From: a virus
Strand: one strand, 5' to 3'
Length of the DNA stretch: 44,425 nucleotides
IMG/VR virus record: IMGVR_UViG_3300031910_000474
This document shows positions 41,759 through 44,425 of this stretch, in pieces; the stretch's first letter is position 1, and each line of letters begins with the position of its first letter. A program made the translations under genes and the position numbers. The notes beneath the pieces were generated by a model that ran no database searches, had not been told where the DNA came from, and saw nothing but the letters and a program-made list of their open reading frames with translations.

Positions 41759-41823
41759 TCGCTTTCCCCTTTCGGACTGTAGTCACTTCGCCCCGGGCCC
41801 CGTAAGGCCGAGGGCACAGCAAC

Positions 41824-42162
41824 TCAGTCGCTCGACATGGCGATTTCGTGCAGCCGCTGCCTGCTGATCGGTTTCCATTGGATCTTATATTCCGGCAGAA
41901 CGACGGGCGCGAAATTGGTGCACACGCTCGCGACGATGGGCACCCCGGGATTGTAGCCAATGTGATCAAGTACGGCGTTGCGCGCTTCGTCGCCGTTCGG
42001 CGCGCCTTCGACGGCATACAGCGCAGGCACGCCCGGATCGTATTTAACCCAAACACTGTGCACGACGGTATCGCCGAAGTGCGAGGCGACATGCATGTCG
42101 CCGTACTTGTCGTTCAGCACCGTGCCGCAATAGCGGCACATTCTAGGTTCCCAGCGGATCAC
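41824..42162 (-). CDS. Hypothetical protein (112 aa)
   Basis: GTG start in a GTGA overlap (alternative ATG 42141); N-terminal CRYC. Confidence 0.5.
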   Translation of the reverse strand: MIRWEPRMCRYCGTVLNDKYGDMHVASHFGDTVVHSVWVKYDPGVPALYAVEGAPNGDEARNAVLDHIGYNPGVPIVASVCTNFAPVVLPEYKIQWKPISRQRLHEIAMSSD

Positions 42163-42395
42163 TTTGCACCCCCGATCGCTTCGATCACTGCGTTGCCGTG
42201 CTTGCAGTTCGAGAAAAGGTTCGTGTGAATGAAAGGCAGTTTGCGATAGAAGAAGTCACCGCAGTTGCAATAGTACGTGGTGCCGTCGCGTTTCACCTCG
42301 ACGACGACATACTTCGTGTCGGGTTCGGATTCGCTCGTGACGGTGAACGTTCTGACGCCCGCCACGGGGTTTTTCTTGGCGAGTAGGACGGTCAT
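42159..42395 (-). CDS. SWIM-type zinc-finger protein (78 aa)
   Basis: YYCNCGDFFYRKLPFIHTNLFSNCKHG matches CxC-x(n)-CxH. Confidence 0.65.
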   Translation of the reverse strand: MTVLLAKKNPVAGVRTFTVTSESEPDTKYVVVEVKRDGTTYYCNCGDFFYRKLPFIHTNLFSNCKHGNAVIEAIGGAK

Positions 42396-42655
42396 TCCGT
42401 TTCCTCGGCTTTCCGCAGTTCGGCGCTGTTAAAGGATTCGAAGTCGACGTCGCCGCACAGGCACGGAAACTCTTCGCAGCGGGCGCACTCGATCTCCGGG
42501 CGGTCGGCGGTTTGCTCGGCTTCCCGCGCCTCGCAGAACGCGCACAGATCGCCGTTATTCTCGCAGGTGCAGCGGGTTTCCATGACGCGTTCGAAAACGT
42601 CATTGAGCCGCGCCATGCCCGCGAAGAAGGTATAGGTTTTCAAAGGCTGTTCCAT
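42392..42655 (-). CDS. Cys-rich acidic small protein (87 aa)
   Basis: First gene of the leftward operon. RCTCENNGDLCAFCE...ECARCEEFPCLCGD. ATG preceded by CGAAAGGGGAAACCGA. Confidence 0.6.
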   Translation of the reverse strand: MEQPLKTYTFFAGMARLNDVFERVMETRCTCENNGDLCAFCEAREAEQTADRPEIECARCEEFPCLCGDVDFESFNSAELRKAEETE

Positions 42656-42802
42656 TCGGTTTCCCCTTTCGAGTCGGACAACTCGGTCACACTCAGGAGT
42701 ATCTCAGAAAATCCTGTACCGCGTCAATACGGAACAAAAGGCGAAAGTATTATCCTGTACTTTATACCTTACTTTCGTGTATTATTCGCCCCGGAGGTGT
42801 CT
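42656..42802. promoter_or_regulatory. Divergent early control region
   Basis: Leftward promoter candidate, read on the minus strand: TTGACG (42727-42722), 18 nt, GATACT (42703-42698). The 9-bp direct repeat ATCCTGTAC lies at 42711-42719 (inside that spacer) and at 42752-42760. GGAGG RBS at 42793 for the rightward RHH gene. Confidence 0.5.
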
Positions 42803-43000
42803 ATGGCGAAGAAGGTGAAAGATCGCTGGCAAATCGCGCTGTACGTGCCGCCCGAACTCGAGAAACGGCTGCGCAACGAAGCGAAGCGGCAGCGGCGTTC
42901 GCATAATGCGACGGTCGTCGAAATCCTGCGGGCGCATTTTTATCAGGAAGACGCGAAGCAGCCGACCGAAGGGGACTATGCAAACCCCGCGTCACAGTAG
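42803..43000 (+). CDS. Ribbon-helix-helix (Arc/CopG-like) DNA-binding protein (65 aa)
   Basis: GGAGG RBS. RWQIALYVPPELEKRLRNEAKRQRRSHNATVVEILRAHF has the beta-strand/helix/helix pattern of RHH regulators. Confidence 0.6.
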   Translation: MAKKVKDRWQIALYVPPELEKRLRNEAKRQRRSHNATVVEILRAHFYQEDAKQPTEGDYANPASQ

Positions 43001-43205
43001 TCACTACGGGTACGTGGTGCTCTGCGACAAGTGCCACGGCAAAAGATTTCTCGACGTCGGCGTCGCTTGTCCGAAGTGCGATGGCGTCGGGGAGTTGTAC
43101 GTGCCCGAGCTCGAACGCCGCGTCGACTGGTTTTCAGTCGGCGTGATCCTCGCGCTCGTGCTGTTTGTGATCGGTGTGTTCATTGCAATCTGGTTTATAA
43201 AATAA
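42978..43205 (+). CDS. Membrane-anchored DnaJ-type zinc-finger protein (75 aa)
   Basis: Internal ATG 42978. CDKCHGKR...CPKCDGVG (CxxCxGxG type), then the C-terminal TM helix WFSVGVILALVLFVIGVFIAIWFI. Confidence 0.55.
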   Translation: MQTPRHSSHYGYVVLCDKCHGKRFLDVGVACPKCDGVGELYVPELERRVDWFSVGVILALVLFVIGVFIAIWFIK

Positions 43206-43221
43206 AAAAGAGGAGAAACCT

Positions 43222-44334
43222 ATGCCCGAAAAAACGGCCCTCGAGAAGCCGCAATCTATTTTCTCGATGCTCGACTCCGCAGACTTCAAAGGGAAACTTG
43301 CGAAGGCGCTGCCGGAAACGCTGAAAGTCGAACGCGTGGTGCAACTGGCGTACACGCTGCTTCGCAAGAATCCGACGCTCGCGAAGTGTTCGCCCCTATC
43401 GATCCTCGCCTCGCTCGCCGACTCTTCGGCGCTCGGGTTCGAGATCGACGATGTGCTCGGCCTAGCATATCTCGTTCCGTTCAAAGGTGAATGCAAACTG
43501 ATCGTCGGTTATCGCGGCTTTGCCGAGCTCATGTATCGCACGGGCCTCGTGAGTTCGATCTCGACCGAGATCGTGCGTGATACGGATCGGTTTTCGTTTT
43601 CTCTCGGAACGAAGCGGCAACTCGTGCACATTCCCGCCGGAACGCCGGCAAAAGACGGCCCGGCGAACTGGCGCGGCGCTTACGCTGCGGTGCAGTTCAT
43701 CACGGGCATGACCGACTTCGAATACCTCGACAAGGCGCACATTGAATCGGCGCGCAATCGTTCGAACGGCTGGCGGGCCTTCGAACGCGGTGACGCGAAG
43801 GATAACCCGTGGCACACGGACCCCGAAGAGATGTGGAAGAAGACGCCGATCCGGCGCATGGCGAAACGCATGCCGCGTTCGGTTGTCGACAAGCGCGGCG
43901 ATCTCATGCGGGCCGCCATGCTCGACGAATACGGCGAGAAACCCGGGCTGCTCATTCCAACCGATACAGGCTGGCAGGTGAACCCCGAACCCGAGCTCCC
44001 TGCCGCAGCCGAGCCGATCGCCCCGACGCTCGAGGCGCAATTGCAGGAATCGATCGAAGACGTCGAGCAGCGCAAGAAAAAGGTAGCCGGCAAGAACAAA
44101 AAGATCGCGCCGAAGGCTTCCGCTGACGTTCCGAAGGCGCAGATCCCGGCGAAGATCGACGACCCGTACATCACGCAGAAACAGCAAACCGACTTATACA
44201 ATTCGGCGGCGCAGGCGGGCTGGACACTCGACGAGTTCATCGAATACGTGAAGAAAAACTATAAATCGATTCGCGAGGTGCGGCAGTCGCAGTACGCGGC
44301 GCTGCTCGCGAAGGCGAAAGGAAACGCACGCTGA
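43222..44334 (+). CDS. recT: RecT-family single-strand annealing protein
   Basis: AGGAGA RBS. LAYLVPFKGECKLIVGYRGFAELMYRTGLV..I....V...D.F......H.....W.GAY.......G...F..L....I...R..S...NPW...PEEMWKKTPIRRMAKRMP. It has a long K/A/Q-rich C-terminal extension. Confidence 0.9.
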   Translation: MPEKTALEKPQSIFSMLDSADFKGKLAKALPETLKVERVVQLAYTLLRKNPTLAKCSPLSILASLADSSALGFEIDDVLGLAYLVPFKGECKLIVGYRGFAELMYRTGLVSSISTEIVRDTDRFSFSLGTKRQLVHIPAGTPAKDGPANWRGAYAAVQFITGMTDFEYLDKAHIESARNRSNGWRAFERGDAKDNPWHTDPEEMWKKTPIRRMAKRMPRSVVDKRGDLMRAAMLDEYGEKPGLLIPTDTGWQVNPEPELPAAAEPIAPTLEAQLQESIEDVEQRKKKVAGKNKKIAPKASADVPKAQIPAKIDDPYITQKQQTDLYNSAAQAGWTLDEFIEYVKKNYKSIREVRQSQYAALLAKAKGNAR

Positions 44335-44425
44335 TGAAGCGCACGGCGCGCATGAAGCACCGCTACGAAGCCGCAGAAATCGACGGTAAATGGTTTGTGA
44401 TCGATCTGCGTCTTCCCGACAAAGG
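44299..44425. repeat. Terminal direct repeat, right copy. It contains the RecT 3' end and a duplicate of the start of ORF 36..239.
   Basis: Identical to 1-127. The ATG at 44334 corresponds to the ATG at 36. Confidence 0.9.

Overview
The window is a complete, circularly assembled dsDNA phage genome. Bases 1-127 are identical to 44299-44425, so the unique length is 44298 bp. It is GC-rich, with strongly G/C-ending codons, and tightly packed, with many ATGA/GTGA start-stop overlaps.

Gene order:
- Rightward early operon, which runs across the artificial linearisation point: ribbon-helix-helix regulator, membrane-anchored DnaJ-type zinc-finger protein, RecT, small ORF, PD-(D/E)xK exonuclease, two hypotheticals, a P-loop (DUF3987-like) helicase, then an iteron/inverted-repeat/AT-rich origin-like locus.
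- A run of small genes: zinc ribbon, membrane peptides, a second PD-(D/E)xK-like protein and a GIY-YIG homing endonuclease.
- A four-gene cassette of tail-fibre-like and lectin-like paralogs.
- TerS and TerL.
- A 2.4-kb island of small proteins, including a His-rich protein and a HiPIP-like 4-Cys protein.
- Portal, scaffold, Ig-like protein and major capsid protein.
- A Tat-signal-like small protein and a GroES homolog.
- Tail genes: a fibre with tandem repeats and a 1814-aa giant protein. One minus-strand orphan gene lies before the fibre and one minus-strand HNH-type homing endonuclease lies after the giant gene.
- Gly-rich and large internal-virion-like proteins, including a 1122-aa protein with a ParB-like DGxHR motif.
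- Terminators.
- A leftward operon of Cys/zinc-finger small proteins ending in a cytosine-5 DNA methyltransferase. Its conserved blocks are split between two overlapping reading frames.

I saw no tRNA, rRNA, CRISPR array, integrase, reverse transcriptase, tape measure, tail tube or sheath, and no recognisable holin/endolysin pair. By inference the phage is probably virulent and short-tailed.

All functional calls rest on motifs read by eye and on synteny. No database search was possible.
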